Positions 39,631-52,499 of a stretch of DNA of 64,000 nucleotides are shown here, one piece after another; position 1 is the first letter of the stretch, and each line of letters opens with the position of its first letter. Source of the DNA: Gnetum montanum (Eukaryota > Plantae > Gnetophyta); the NCBI GenBank assembly GCA_015680685.1, contig MNCI01002984.1, forward strand, positions 254,221 to 318,220, given 5' to 3'. Made by a program: the position numbers and the translations under genes. Under the pieces are notes generated by a model. The model ran no database searches and was not told the origin of the DNA. It saw only the letters and a list, made by a program, of their open reading frames with translations.

Positions 39631-42600
39631 CCTCCATAGACTCATGAATATTGTTTTGGCATAATCCTCTAGCTCAATTTGGATTTTTTTATAGCCACTA
39701 TAACCATCCAGAAAATTGCAATTGCATTGTCTATAAATGGTATCTAACACTTGATTCATAAATGGCAATGCAAAGTGATATTTGAATGTTGCCATATTCA
39801 ATAGCTGGAAGTCAATGCAAACTTTCCACTTGCCATCTTTCGTTGGCACAATCATGAGTGGGCTAACCCACTCACTATCTACAATCAGATAGATAAACCC
39901 CACCTTGAGGAGTTATTTGATTTCCTTTTTGATGATCTACTTCAATTTGGGGTTCAATCGTTGCTACAACTATCTCTTTGGCTTCATGGCTAGATTAGTG
40001 TAGATATGATGCTAGCATATCCTAAGATCAATCCTTGTGAGTTTGGGATATGACCAAGAAAAAGTTGTTGGCCATCTATTAACCACATTCAACAGCATCT
40101 CCTTTTGTTTAGGAGCAATATCTACATTTATTATTACTGACTTTTCATTTTTTAAGAATGCATATTCCATGCCAATAGGTAGAGTTTTCAACTCAAGGGG
40201 CTCTTATTTAAATTTTTTTGGAATTTTGAACTCTCCTCAATTAGTATCATTAACTTCATTAATGGAGAGTTGGTGATGAACTTGCTTTAGTTTATCCATG
40301 CCTTCCAGGTAGGCACATGTTAAGCTCTCAATAGGTTCCATGCAAATTGCTAAGTTGCTTCCAAGATCAACTGTCAGCCACTGGGTGCCCTTATTTTTTA
40401 TGGCTATTGTGTATAGGCACCATTAAATTTCAGATATGTTAGCACACTAACTACTTGCATTGATATATACACTATTAATGGCCCATAGTTTCTACATAGA
40501 GTTGCACCCTATATCATTGTATGTAATGCATGGAACTTTCTTCCGTTTAATCTTCTAGAATGCATTTTCTTTAGAGATTTCAAGGGAAAGATATCATATC
40601 CCCAATTGTGCATCAACAGTGCTTAGCCAAGTCCTTCCCATGATGATTGGGAAGTTCCCCTTGCAATTGTCCACTGGGATCACTAGGAAATCAACTGGGT
40701 AGGACCACCCACAAATGGTGGTTACAATATCCTCCATAGTCCCAAGGAAATAGTGATGGATTGATCAGCCAACTCAAGACAGATGTTGCCCTTCTTGATG
40801 GAGGTAGGTTCCAAGCTTTATACATCTCATGGAAGATCAAATTAACACTAGAAATTGAATCCATAAGAATTTTTCAAGGCTTATTCCTAGAAATTTAAAG
40901 GTGAATAAGAGGACTTCCAGGATTAGATAGTTTCCTAGGAAGATGGCCAAATTTTATCCAATCAATTACCACATGGGTTAACATGATGATATGCACTTTG
41001 GAAGGTGTTTGGTTTGAAGGGGACTTGAATGGATTAGATGCAGATGAAAATGGAGAAGGAGGTTTGCCAGTTGCAGGTGTATGTGAGGGTTTAGTTGGGC
41101 TATTGGTTCAAAAAAAAAGGCCCTTTTCGTAATCTAGTTTTTGAACCACTCAGCTAAGGAGCTAGCTATCAGTTAACAACCCTTGTTGTGTTGCATTGCT
41201 ATGACTAAGATATCATTTCTTCCTACATTGATGAAGTAGGTGGTAACTGAGTTAAGGGTGGAGAGACATATTTAGAAGCATGAGGAGGGTAATATGGACA
41301 TGGGGTTTTCCCTCTAGTAGATGTAGAATGAGTTCTATAATACTCTAGAGGGTAGTAGTGATGTTGGAAGGTGGCGTGATTGAAAGAGTAACATGGAGAA
41401 ATGGGTTGCTAAACATGGTATCCATATGGATCTGGTTGTTGGTAAGGGTACTGCTACCTTGGTGGTGGCATCCCTCACAATTGTGGGTGCTACCACTATT
41501 AGTACTGCTCATGCGATTATGGTGGAGCTTTACTTGGATAGTAGGTTTGTTGTTGGTGGAACTGCCTAGGATTGCCTTGAGGATAAGGCAATCTTCTAGG
41601 TGCTTGCCTTCTTACCACTCTAAGATTCAGAGTGCACACCCTAGACTCCTACAAGTGTGACATGATAGGGCAACATCCTTTAGGATATTTGTATTAGTAG
41701 ATGTAACACCCATCATCATCATCTAATTCTACCTCCACAACTTCTTCTACTACAGCAACTTTGCACTTACCCCTATGGTAGGCACATTCAACTTCTCTTC
41801 ACCTTTTACGCTCATGATCACTACTCTACTTCCTTAATTCTTCTACAATTTTTAGAGTATTTTGGAATTTTTCATCCAAAAAATCCCACATTTTATCTAC
41901 CTTGGCTGAAATTTTAAACATAGATTTTTGGATTGATAAGGTCATTCTGTTTACCACCTCATCAAGTGGTGACTTCTTCTCACTATCACAAAAGTGGGCC
42001 TTCCTCTTTCTGATGGAAGGGTCCTTATTATATTCTTCTACACTTTCTCATTTTCTTAACTCACCTTCTTCTTTTGCTACCTACTTAATCAACCTTTGAA
42101 TTTGATGGACTCTTAGTTTTGATAATCGCCCTTGGGCATAGACTCCAAGAGTTCTCCTCATTTTTTATTGGATCCCATATATGATATGGTAAAGTTTTTC
42201 CTATTGAAAATAACCATGGCTAGGACATCTATGTAATAGAGAATAATATCAGCCCATGGCTATGTCCAAGGGTTCATGCATCCCTTGTTTCCATCATTAG
42301 ATCTAGTTCCTCAAGTTAGATATTTGGAAGTACATATAATATTTATCATTAAATAGTTTGAGCATTATACTCCTCAAGTTCTAGGGACCAATACCAACTC
42401 TCTACTTCCTTAATGAGTATCCTTGGGAATAGCTTAAGATTTTTCCAATCATTCTCCACATTTTTCAAGGCACATGCATTGTGAAAGACCTAAAGATGAT
42501 TTTGTGGATCTATGTTATATCCCCCTTCAAACTTGGGATTATTGTTCATGTCTAGCCTCTTGATTCTACTATCCTTTATGTGCCTTGTAGGAATTCTCAT

Positions 42601-44555
42601 CACCTCTACAATGTTTAGCATGCTTCTAGTGGAAAGCAAAGGCTCATCATAACCATGGCCTCTATGATGGCCATGGTGCCTATCATGTCCTCTGCTACCC
42701 CTACTTTTGTGATGATGGGCCTTCCTTGAATTCCCACACCCCTAATCTTGACTTTCTCAATAGGCCCTACGATCATTTTGGTCCCATCGGTTACCTCCAT
42801 CACTATCACACCCTTTGTGGTTGCATTCAGAGCCAAAAGAGGAAGAAGATGATGATGAAGGTGAAGAGGAAGAAGGACTAGCACCACCATGGTGCCTACT
42901 ACATCCTCTTTGGTGGTCATAGCCACGATCACGATTGTGATGCTTATCCTCATCCCTACCATGATCCTCCTCCTTGGATCCCTTTTGATCATGGGATCCA
43001 TTTTTGCTAGAGTCAGGATTGTGAATAGTAGATTGTAGGTTCTAGTTTTGGCCTTCTTGGCCAAAGTCATAGAGATGAGTGTCATTGAATGGAGAGCCCT
43101 TAGAGAAGAAGCCCTCGCCATCTCATTTGTACAACAAGAATGAGGAGCCATCAAACTGTTTCCCCTTCACACTTTCATAATGCTTCTCTTGCTGCTAATT
43201 CCTTTTAAGTTGTGCAACTATGGGATGGTACTCCCTAGCATCACTATCTTACACAACACATTCAAAATGAAGTCCTTGTAGACCCAAAATCATAAGAGTG
43301 CGTTGAAGTATTGTAGGAATAGATTGATCGGGTGTCAACATCATGTTGCCCTCTAGGTTCCACCATCACATCTGTTCATCCTAGTGTAGGATGAAGGTGA
43401 ATTTGGCCACATACTCATCAGGATGAGCATATACCACCCTGTATTGGTGGGGCACTTGTTGATCTATTTTGTTCAATTCTTTGCCAATTGGATGTTCACT
43501 CAAACTTAGATGGAGAATCACTCGTATGAGAAGAAGAAAAAATTTCTAGGATTAGAAAAAATAAAACTTAGTATGCTTTCTTATAATTATTTTTTTTTTG
43601 GCATATGATGTGACCTTAGGGTTCATTCCAACAATGTTAAATGGTTTTCACTAAGTTTGTAGATAGTGCATGTATTAAACAAAAGGTCCTTGGCAACAAC
43701 ACCAATGATGAGTGACAAATACCCCTATGCCCAAACATACAAATCACAAGTGTTTACTCATGATCTAGTCAAATTCTATAGACCTTAAGTATTCAAGTAC
43801 ATTGGTTTTAGAAAGTGAAGTCTAATCATCACAATTGTTGTGTCTTCCCAGTTACACTTGTGAAATGTAAAGGTATGGTTAAGTGCAACTGAGGCATCTA
43901 ATTTTTATCATTTTTTATGTTTTATGTTCTTAGTGCTTGAAATAAAGAAATGAAATAATTTTTAATGGCTACGTTAATCTAGCTAACTAATTAATCTCTA
44001 ACTAATCCTAGCTTAAGTATTTGGTCCTACTTTCTGTACACATCTTGAACATGTATAACACTACTAGGTTATACATGCTTGAAGCAATCATACTTATGTG
44101 CTTAATTAATTACTATTTAACCTAGCTAACTTAACTTAGCTTAATTACTTGAAAGCATTAAATAAAATTGCATAAAACATTAAATGCATAAATAAAATAT
44201 TTAATCTAGCTAAAATATTGCAAGATTTATCAAAAAGCTCATCTTTATTGCCACACACACTGCCATGCTTAGGTACAACAATGCTTGAATAAAGATCCAT
44301 ACACTCAATGACTCTTGCTACAAACACTTGGGAAAATATTCTAACTTTGAGGGAGAAAAATTGCAACAGCTCTACTATGCTATGAAAAAACTTATGTCCA
44401 AACCATGCATCCAAGTACTATATTTATAGGTCAGCATAGATCCCACAACATCAGATATCCAACATCATCTTTGAGCCCTCAATATCGGGTATCCGATATT
44501 AGGGCTTCAATATTGGATATTCGATATTTGAGCCAAACAAAATATAGTTCATTAA
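39630..44555 (-). mobile_element. Athila-like element B2 (5' LTR, PBS, gag, protease, N-terminal RT; 3' half lost)
   Basis: SEWVSPLMIVPTKDGKWKVCIDF, HFALPFMNQVLD, FLDGYSGY; protease ILMDSISSVNLI near 40840-40875; gag 41000-43200; LTR from 43706. Confidence 0.85.
43687..43704 (-). other. tRNA-Asp PBS (B2)
   Basis: TGGTGTTGTTGCCAAGGA is the Athila-type TGGCGCCGTTGCCGGGGA with only C>T/G>A changes; LTR TGATGAG starts at 43706. Confidence 0.8.
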
Positions 44556-47476
44556 TAAAGAAAATGAAGATAAATTCTACGGATAAAATCTAGTCTAAGT
44601 ATGACAAAAATGTAAATCTGATCTAGCCTATGTGCAATAAGTATCCATTCCTAGCTTGTCGTGCATATCCAAGTCTCAAGTAATTATCACTAGGATTACT
44701 AAGTGAATTCACTACCAAGCAAATCAACTGAACTTACTACTGGGTTACCAAGTGATTACACTTCATGCTCAAAACTAGTTGTACTTATCTCACCTTACTA
44801 AAAGACATTGAAAAATTAAAGTACTTGAAAAATATAAATCACTCAAGAAAAGTAAATATGCTAAAAAGTAAAATTAAGCTAAGTAAAAATGAGCTGAGTG
44901 GAATGTTATAATGATGAGAAACAATCTTGATCTTTTTTTGTCATCAATTATGCCTAAGAATAATCCACATGAATTTTGTACAATTGTTAAACACCACACT
45001 ACAAACATTCACTCTATTGCTAAGTCTAAATCATGAAAACAAACTATAAGAATTTAGCTAAGTGATGATGAAAGATGTTCATTTGTATGTGATGGTTGGT
45101 TGATATTTATAAGCATGACCATGGCCTATGTATCACATCAATGATACCACATGCATAGTTATGATATCATAGATATTATATCACAACTAATTAACATAAT
45201 ACTTTATCATACCCCCGCAACTAACTAGAAACTTATCCTTGAGTTAAAAAAATGTAGGATATAATTCATTACAAAATTTATGGGATCATTTATAGACTTC
45301 AACATGATGACTTATATACATGACTAACTCTCGTATGAATGTCGCATTATGTTTCAAGTGGTGTTAACAAAAATATCATGCATCACATGATTGACACAAT
45401 TGATAAAACAAACAAAATAACAAAACTCAATGTAGCCTTCAAGTTATAGACAATGTTGGCTCCTCCATTAGCTTCTTTCTTTTGTCGTCAAGCTTCTGAA
45501 ATTGGTACCTATTGAGTAGTGCTTGAAGCTTTTCTTCCATAGATCATAGATAATGTACCATCTAGGTGAATTCAATAAGGTTTCCTCCAACATTAGGAAG
45601 ATTTAGTGCCTTGGCTATTTCTTTAATTGAATATGGCACTATGATTCCTTCAATCTTAATTGTGGCATCATCCTGCTTATTCTTCTAGAATTGATATACT
45701 TCCCCTAGGTACCATACACCATTGCATAATAGTGTGGGCCAAAGAGAAGAGGCTTGGAGTTGCTCTTGAACATTAGCAAGTGTAAACACCATGAACAATC
45801 CAAAATTGAATTCCATGATGATTGTGGACATGTTGGAATTTTCTTGAATGGCTTGAAGACACTTATTCAATAGTGTGATATGTTGTCCTTACTCTTAAGT
45901 AGGTGGGGCCTCAACTTTAGCTTGTGCAGATTGCTCCTTCACAAGTGTAGGTTGATGGATGCTCTAAGACTAGGCCTCTTTCTCAGCTTGTGAAGTTTTT
46001 TCCCCAACTTATCCTCTTCCTCTAGCTTTTCTAACTCCTTGTTATGAGGGTCCTTCGATTGTAGGTCTTTTAGGAGCCATCTGCAATCATAAATAATCCA
46101 ATTAAAATTACCCAAGGATTTTAAATAAGTTCCTAATGGTTCATACTCCTCTCTCAAGTTCTTGGATTTGATCAAACTCTATCCTTATTACTACTTTTTA
46201 GCTCTTATTAGGATTGCAGAGTTAGAAAAATTTGAAAATAAATCCTTAATTATTGTATTTTCTAATGTGTTATGAATAATTTTGTTCTTTATGACCTCTC
46301 ATAATTGTTATTATCTCATTTAACATGTATTTTAATGGTTAATTAGAAACAATAGTTAAGTTTATTAGCTTTTAGTCAGTTATTTAGTTCAAATATGATC
46401 AGTTATTATTGTTCTTACCCTTAATATGTACTTCCAAGCATTAGAAATGTTTTATGCTAATCACACAAATTACACATAACACTGTTTTCCACAATTGAGT
46501 TTGTCACTCCATGATCAAGAGGATTCAAGAATCACACAAATTGGAGCTATGGTGAGGAACTTATGAAGCTTTGAAGTTTGGTTGTTAGAGGGTCAAAAAA
46601 ATGGCATGAACTCCCTTTGTATGAAATAAGAAGAATGAAAATTTTCCAAAATCTTGCACATATATATAGGGATTTATAATAGATACATCATAGATACGAC
46701 ATCATTGATGTGATGTCATAGGGCATCATACCTTGTACCTACAATGTTACTGTGAAAACTTTCCATATTTTGAGCAATTTTCAATGGAAAAATTAAGTGA
46801 AATGGATAGTGTAGAAGGTATGAATGTGTTAATCATGAATGATGTTAAGAATATAATATTTTATCAATATTGAGTATGTAATAAAAGGAATTACCAAATG
46901 TAAGTCAATATTTGGGCAAGACAAATCAATTATGTTTGTAGGAGATGGTTGGTAGGAATTGCCAAATGTATGATGAAAGATGAATAGATACGAAAGTAAT
47001 AATGATCATTTAAGTGTTTTGGAGGTACAAGATTATGTGAAATTGATCATCAAGTATGAAGCATAACAGTTATACAAGTGGATCCTCCTTGGTAATGGAG
47101 CCAATGATGAGTAATTAGGTATTCAAACACTCAACCATACAAGTCACACTTGTACACATGCAACCTAATCATAATTTATGAATGTAAAATGTAAGTATAC
47201 TAATAATTTATGTTTAGTTCATGATCACTATCTTTTCACATTCAGTTAGTGAAGTACAAGTTATATGGTTTAACTCTTGATGAGGCATATGATACATTAA
47301 TGTTGTTTGAATTTAATTTTCCTAAGTGCCAACATAATGAAAGTAAAGATAAAGTCTAAGGATAAAATATAAGTTTAAGAATGATAGAAATGTAAATCTA
47401 ATCTAGCCTATGGATGATAAGTATCTATTCCTAGCTTGTCGTACACTTCCTAGTCTCATGTAACTATCATTAGAAT
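44555..47476 (-). mobile_element. B3: Athila-like deletion derivative (LTR-PBS-3' internal region-PPT-LTR, no gag-pol)
   Basis: 44555-47085 colinear with 19240-21742; then directly PBS 47086-47103 and LTR 47105-47476. Confidence 0.85.
47086..47103 (-). other. tRNA-Asp PBS (B3)
   Basis: TGGCTCCATTACCAAGGA, 1 nt from the LTR end. Confidence 0.75.
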
Positions 47477-50400
47477 GTTCAAGATGGGCTATCTCTGTAA
47501 ATATTCTAGGCTTTTATAATATGTTTTTAAAACAAATATTTTTATATAAAGATAATATTTTTAAATATTTAAAGCATGAAAAATTATCAGTAATTCTAGA
47601 TCATGGGTTAATTAATTTACCTCAACTCCTTGTAATTTGTGAGACTCAAAACATACCACTTTATCTTCCTGTGAAAGAACTACACCAATTCCTACTCCAC
47701 ATGCATCCATAGATACTTCAAATGATATTTCTTCATCCTTAATTCTCAAAAGAGGTGTTGTTTTTAGTAGCATCTTTAATCTAAGGAAAGCTTCCCTACA
47801 TTTTTCATCAAATTTAAACACATGTTTTTATTGTAAGAGGTTAATCAAGGGGGCTACCAAAGTAGAATAATCTTTAATGAAACATTGATAAAAACCTCTT
47901 AAGCCCAAGAAACTATGAACTGCTATAGCATCTTTAAGTTCTGACCAATCACAAACTATGCTAACTTTAGCTTGGTCTACTTATAGTCCTTGCTTAGATA
48001 TAATATGGTCCAAGTATGATACTTCTTATTTAAAAAGTTCACATTTCTTAATTTTACCTTTAATTGATATTCCTTCAGGATTTTCAATGTAGTTTTTAAT
48101 TATTTAACATGTTCTTCTATTGACATAGAGTAAACAAGCATATCATCCATAAGTATGATAACAAATTGATCAAGTTACTCTTGAAAGATATTATTCATTA
48201 ATGCCATGAATGTTACAAGTGCATTAGTATATCCAAATGGCATTACTACGTACTCATATAAACTGTACCTAGTTCTAAATATAGTTTTCTCAATGTCTTT
48301 CTCTTTAATTCTTGTTTGGTGATATCCTGTTTTTAAATTGATCTTAGAAAAGTTGGTCAAATAATTCATCAATCCTAGGCAAGGGCTAGGTGTTTTTAAT
48401 CATTACTTTGTTTAACACCCTATAATCAATGTATAACCTTAATGTACTATCTTTTTTTTAACAAATAAAACTAGTGCATCCCAAGGTGAGATACTTGGTT
48501 GAATTTTTTCTTTTTCTAATAATTGGTCTAATTGTACTTTTAATTTCCTTAAGTCTAATTTGGAAAGCCTATAAGAGGCTTTTGAAACTAGTAATGTAGT
48601 GGGAAAAATGTCGATGGCGTGTTCAACAATTCTTTCTAGAGGTAATTCCCTAGTTTCACCAAATACTAAATCCTTATATTCTTCAAGTTCTTTTGGATTC
48701 TCAATGTCAAAGGATCTCTAAGATTGAGTTACTTTTACAACTAACATAAGAGTATCTTTCCTTACTAGTCTCTTAGCTTTCTTAATAGTTATCATGTGAA
48801 TTTGCTTTGTTGTTCCTACTCTCCTTAAAATCCTAACTCTATTAGTGGTTAGCACTTTTAAAAGACAAGTTCCAAAATGGAAAATAATATCAAATTTTTG
48901 TAGAAAAGACATTTCTAAGATTTCATCAACATCTTCTAATTCAAATTCAAAGAATTCATCAACAAATGGCATGTCTTGTAGAATAAAAGTAATATCTCTG
49001 TACCTGGTGTGCTTGCTTACTATTGTTCCATCTACAAGTTTTATTCTAATAACTCTCTTGGAAGGTAAGGTTAAAATTAATAGCTTAACTAAAGTTAGTA
49101 AAATAAAATTATCACTTACTCCACTATCAATCAAAAATTTAATCTTTTAACCCTTAATTAATCCTTCAAAAATCAATAGAACAAATTGAAATTTTCTCAA
49201 ACATAACTTTGTAGATGGTGAAATCTTCTTTATTGTTGCTATAGTAGTGATTTTAATCTCTTCTTTGGCCATATTTACATGGGGTTTTTGATTTTTATTC
49301 TGATTGCTACTTTGTATTCTTGCTTGTAATTTTTAGTAAACTCACTTGAAATGATCTTCATTGCAAGCGAAACATCTAGATCAAGTTCTCTTGGTAGGTG
49401 TGTATTCTACCATTACTTGTCGAATGGTAGTGCATACTTGATTTGATTCCTCATAATCCTTAGCAATTTTATATGCTTAATTAACTATCTGGGGATCATG
49501 TGCACATCTGAGAATACAATTATGCATGTAGTCCATCAATGAACTTTGCAACTAGCTCCTCGTCATTTTGGTGGCTTACATACTGAGAGAGATCATAGAA
49601 TTCCTTGTAATAATCTTCAATGAATCATACACCTAATCTCAATGAGTCAGATTGCATCTTACACTTTTTGAAAAAGGAATTTGGTATAAATCTTTGTTCA
49701 AAGTCTCAAAAAAAGTTTATCCAATTTGAAATCAATCTTTGATCTCAATCTATTCCACCATGTTGTAGAAAGACCTCTCAGATACAGGGAAACTACTTCT
49801 AAGCGATCTTAGCTTTTTAAGTTCAACATATCAAAATAATTCTTCATGGTATCAGGCCAATCTTTTTCTTTAGCACTAGATCCAAGGGCTCCATCATAAT
49901 AGTCTAATTTTACCTTTTGGCATGTACCTGGATTAATGATTCTTGGTGAATTTTATCAATTCGAATAACCCTCACCTTTAAGTTTCACTCTTTGGCCTTA
50001 TGAAGGGATCTTGGCATCCTAACATCCAATAGGTTGGAAAAATCTCTATATTGATCCCTAGGGGAAATTTGATCTTAATTCTGGTCTCAATGATGTTGGG
50101 ATTAATCCCTAGGTGGAAATTGATTTTGATGATGATCTCTAGATGAATAATAATTTTGGTTGGAAGGGTAGGTTAAGTGATCAATTAACAGTTTTATGGA
50201 ATCTACGAAGGATTCCATCTTTCCTTGTACTTATAACCATTTCTCTTCTAAACTTTGGAACAATTTCCTAATTTCTTTAGACATGTTTTGCATATCTATC
50301 CCAAACCTTTAGTTTGATTAATGGAGTTCCTCTTGGACATCTCTAATTTCATTAACCTATTGTCCAAGGACATCTATTTGATCATTAACTCAAGACTTCA
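47476..50400 (-). pseudogene. A2 gag-protease-RT-RNase H, decayed
   Basis: LIDSGVSDNFI; [15 protein letters not shown]; YEYVVMPFG; ILMDDMLVYS; VSMDACGVGIGVVLSQE. Confidence 0.93.
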
Positions 50401-50654
50401 TTGTTCTCCAAAGTACTCTCTAGGCTTTGAACATTAGTAATTTGAAGAGACAAGGCAGGTTGGTCATTCCTCGGCCCCTGTCATCCTTTTTATGGATTAT
50501 GTGATCATTAATTAATCCTAAAAGAGGTTAGATTATCATGAACTAATTTTCTCTTCTTGAACTCTCAACCAACCACAAAAGACTAATTATTTCATTTATT
50601 AGGTTTTCTACATAACTTCTACATGTCTTAAAAGTCTACATAACATCTTTAAAA

Positions 50655-50980
50655 ACAAATTTTTTCATCTCACATAGGCCCAATCTAACCATTTCATTAT
50701 GTCTAGAAGATTCAAATCTATTGGAAACAATTCTTGTTTCATTGAAAATGGACTCCAAAAACTAATTTTTTTCATTTTACATAGGCTAAATTAGACCATT
50801 AAATTATGTTTGAAAGGTTTAAGTTTGTTAGAAACGGTTCTTGTTTAATGGACTTCAAAAACTAATTTTTTCCATCTTACATAGGCTAAATCGAATCATT
50901 CCATTATGTTTGGAAGGTTTAAATCTATTGGAAATAGTTATTATTTCATTAAAAATCAACTCTAAAATTACAATTTATGG
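50655..50980. repeat. ~100-bp tandem triplication in the A2 leader
   Basis: ACATAGGC...CATTATGT.T.GAAG.TT.AA.T..TT.GAAA three times; single related copy in A1 (~32205-32310). Confidence 0.8.
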
Positions 50981-51013
50981 TCATTTGAAGTTTCAAAAAT
51001 TTACATGTTTCTC

Positions 51014-51080
51014 AAGACTTCTTGAGAGATCATCCATTCCATTACTGCTCTAGAGTGAGCATGCTTAATTACAAAATTTT
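51014..51080 (-). promoter_or_regulatory. 5S rRNA-derived internal control region in the A2 leader
   Basis: AAGACTTCTTGAGAGATCATCCATTCCATTACTGCTCTAGAGTGAGCATGCTTAA, orthologous to 32351-32406. Confidence 0.75.
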
Positions 51081-51221
51081 TATCCAACTTGTTACCAAGG
51101 CATCAAATTCCTTTTTGTAAAAATATTTTCTGATTTTCCTATTTGAATTTTACCATTAACAAAAACTTTTCAGTTGGTCATCTTGCTAAGATGGTAGGTT
51201 AATGATGTTGGTGGTGCTTGT

Positions 51222-51492
51222 CAAAGCACCATGGGAGGCTAGCTTTCACAATGTTCATAGAGTGCCATGGAAAGCTACTTTCCATGGTGTCCATGGAGCA
51301 CTAGAGTAGGTTGCCTTTGATGATGTCTATGGAGCACCGTGGGAAACTACCTTCCATGGTGCCTACGAAGCACCATGGGAGGCTATCTTCCACAATGTCT
51401 ACAAAGCACTGAAGGAGGTTACCTTTTGCATTCATGAAGCACCATGGAAGGCTACCTGTAATGATGTCCCCCATGCCCGTTGGACACTATGC
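51222..51492. repeat. ~35-bp palindromic tandem repeat, 7-8 copies
   Basis: GCACCATGG(G)AAGGCTACCTTCCATGGTG units. Confidence 0.85.
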
Positions 51493-52499
51493 ACTACTAA
51501 AATTTCTAGTGACTTTCACAATAGTAGTGTAGGCAACAATGATAGTACAAGTAATAGCGGTGGTAAAAACAACGGTAGCATTGTAGACAATGCTTGCAAC
51601 ACAAACAATGATGAAGGTGCAGACAATGGCAATGGCACAAACAATGATAGCAGTGATGGTAGTAAGCAACAGTGGTGGTGAAGGCACGCAGTGCAATGAA
51701 AAAGGTGAGAGAGGATGTTAGTGGATTTTGCAGTGAGTGTTTGTGCAACACGACGCAAAGGCACAACATGACAGAAGACAATAGTGAACAACACGCAAGA
51801 GTGGCGAGGGTTCTTTCTACAATAGCATAGTAGGCAGTAGCTAATTTGGCATTAATGAGGTGTGACAGTGTGGATGGTGTAGGTAGGAAAATAGTAGGCG
51901 TAGAATGGCAAGAGCTAGTAGGGTCTACTAATGCTATGCACTAGCTTGCTACAACACCCTGTAGTGCTTCATTATCATGGTGGGCTATCATGACACCTCA
52001 CAATGAGGCTATGATGTCATGTCACATGGTGGTACGATGGTCCATCTTGCCACCATGCATGGCCTTGCTAGGGCCTATGTAGTCCTCCTCGGGGCCCACA
52101 CAACCTAGGCTAGCCTGTGTGGCCTACTTTTTTTTAATTCATATTTTTGGGTTAGGGTTTGAACCTGCAAATCCCTTGGCACATTGCTTTATATATATAT
52201 ACCTTTTTGAATTTAAAATTTTAATTTTGATAAATAGAATGAAAACCAATAAATGTTGTATCACCTAAATTGTAAGTAAGATTTCGATGAACTTAGTATC
52301 ATTGAAATCGTCTTGAAGAGCAACATGTTCAACTCAACATAATGTTAGTTTACTTGACCTATCAACCAAAAAATCAATAACAATGGACTTCAGTTAAGTG
52401 TTAATTAATAATTAACCACATGTTAACCTAAATTGTACTTCACTTTTCTTGAATGAACTACACCTTTAACCATTACTAGTGTTCTTGATTTTCCTTATA

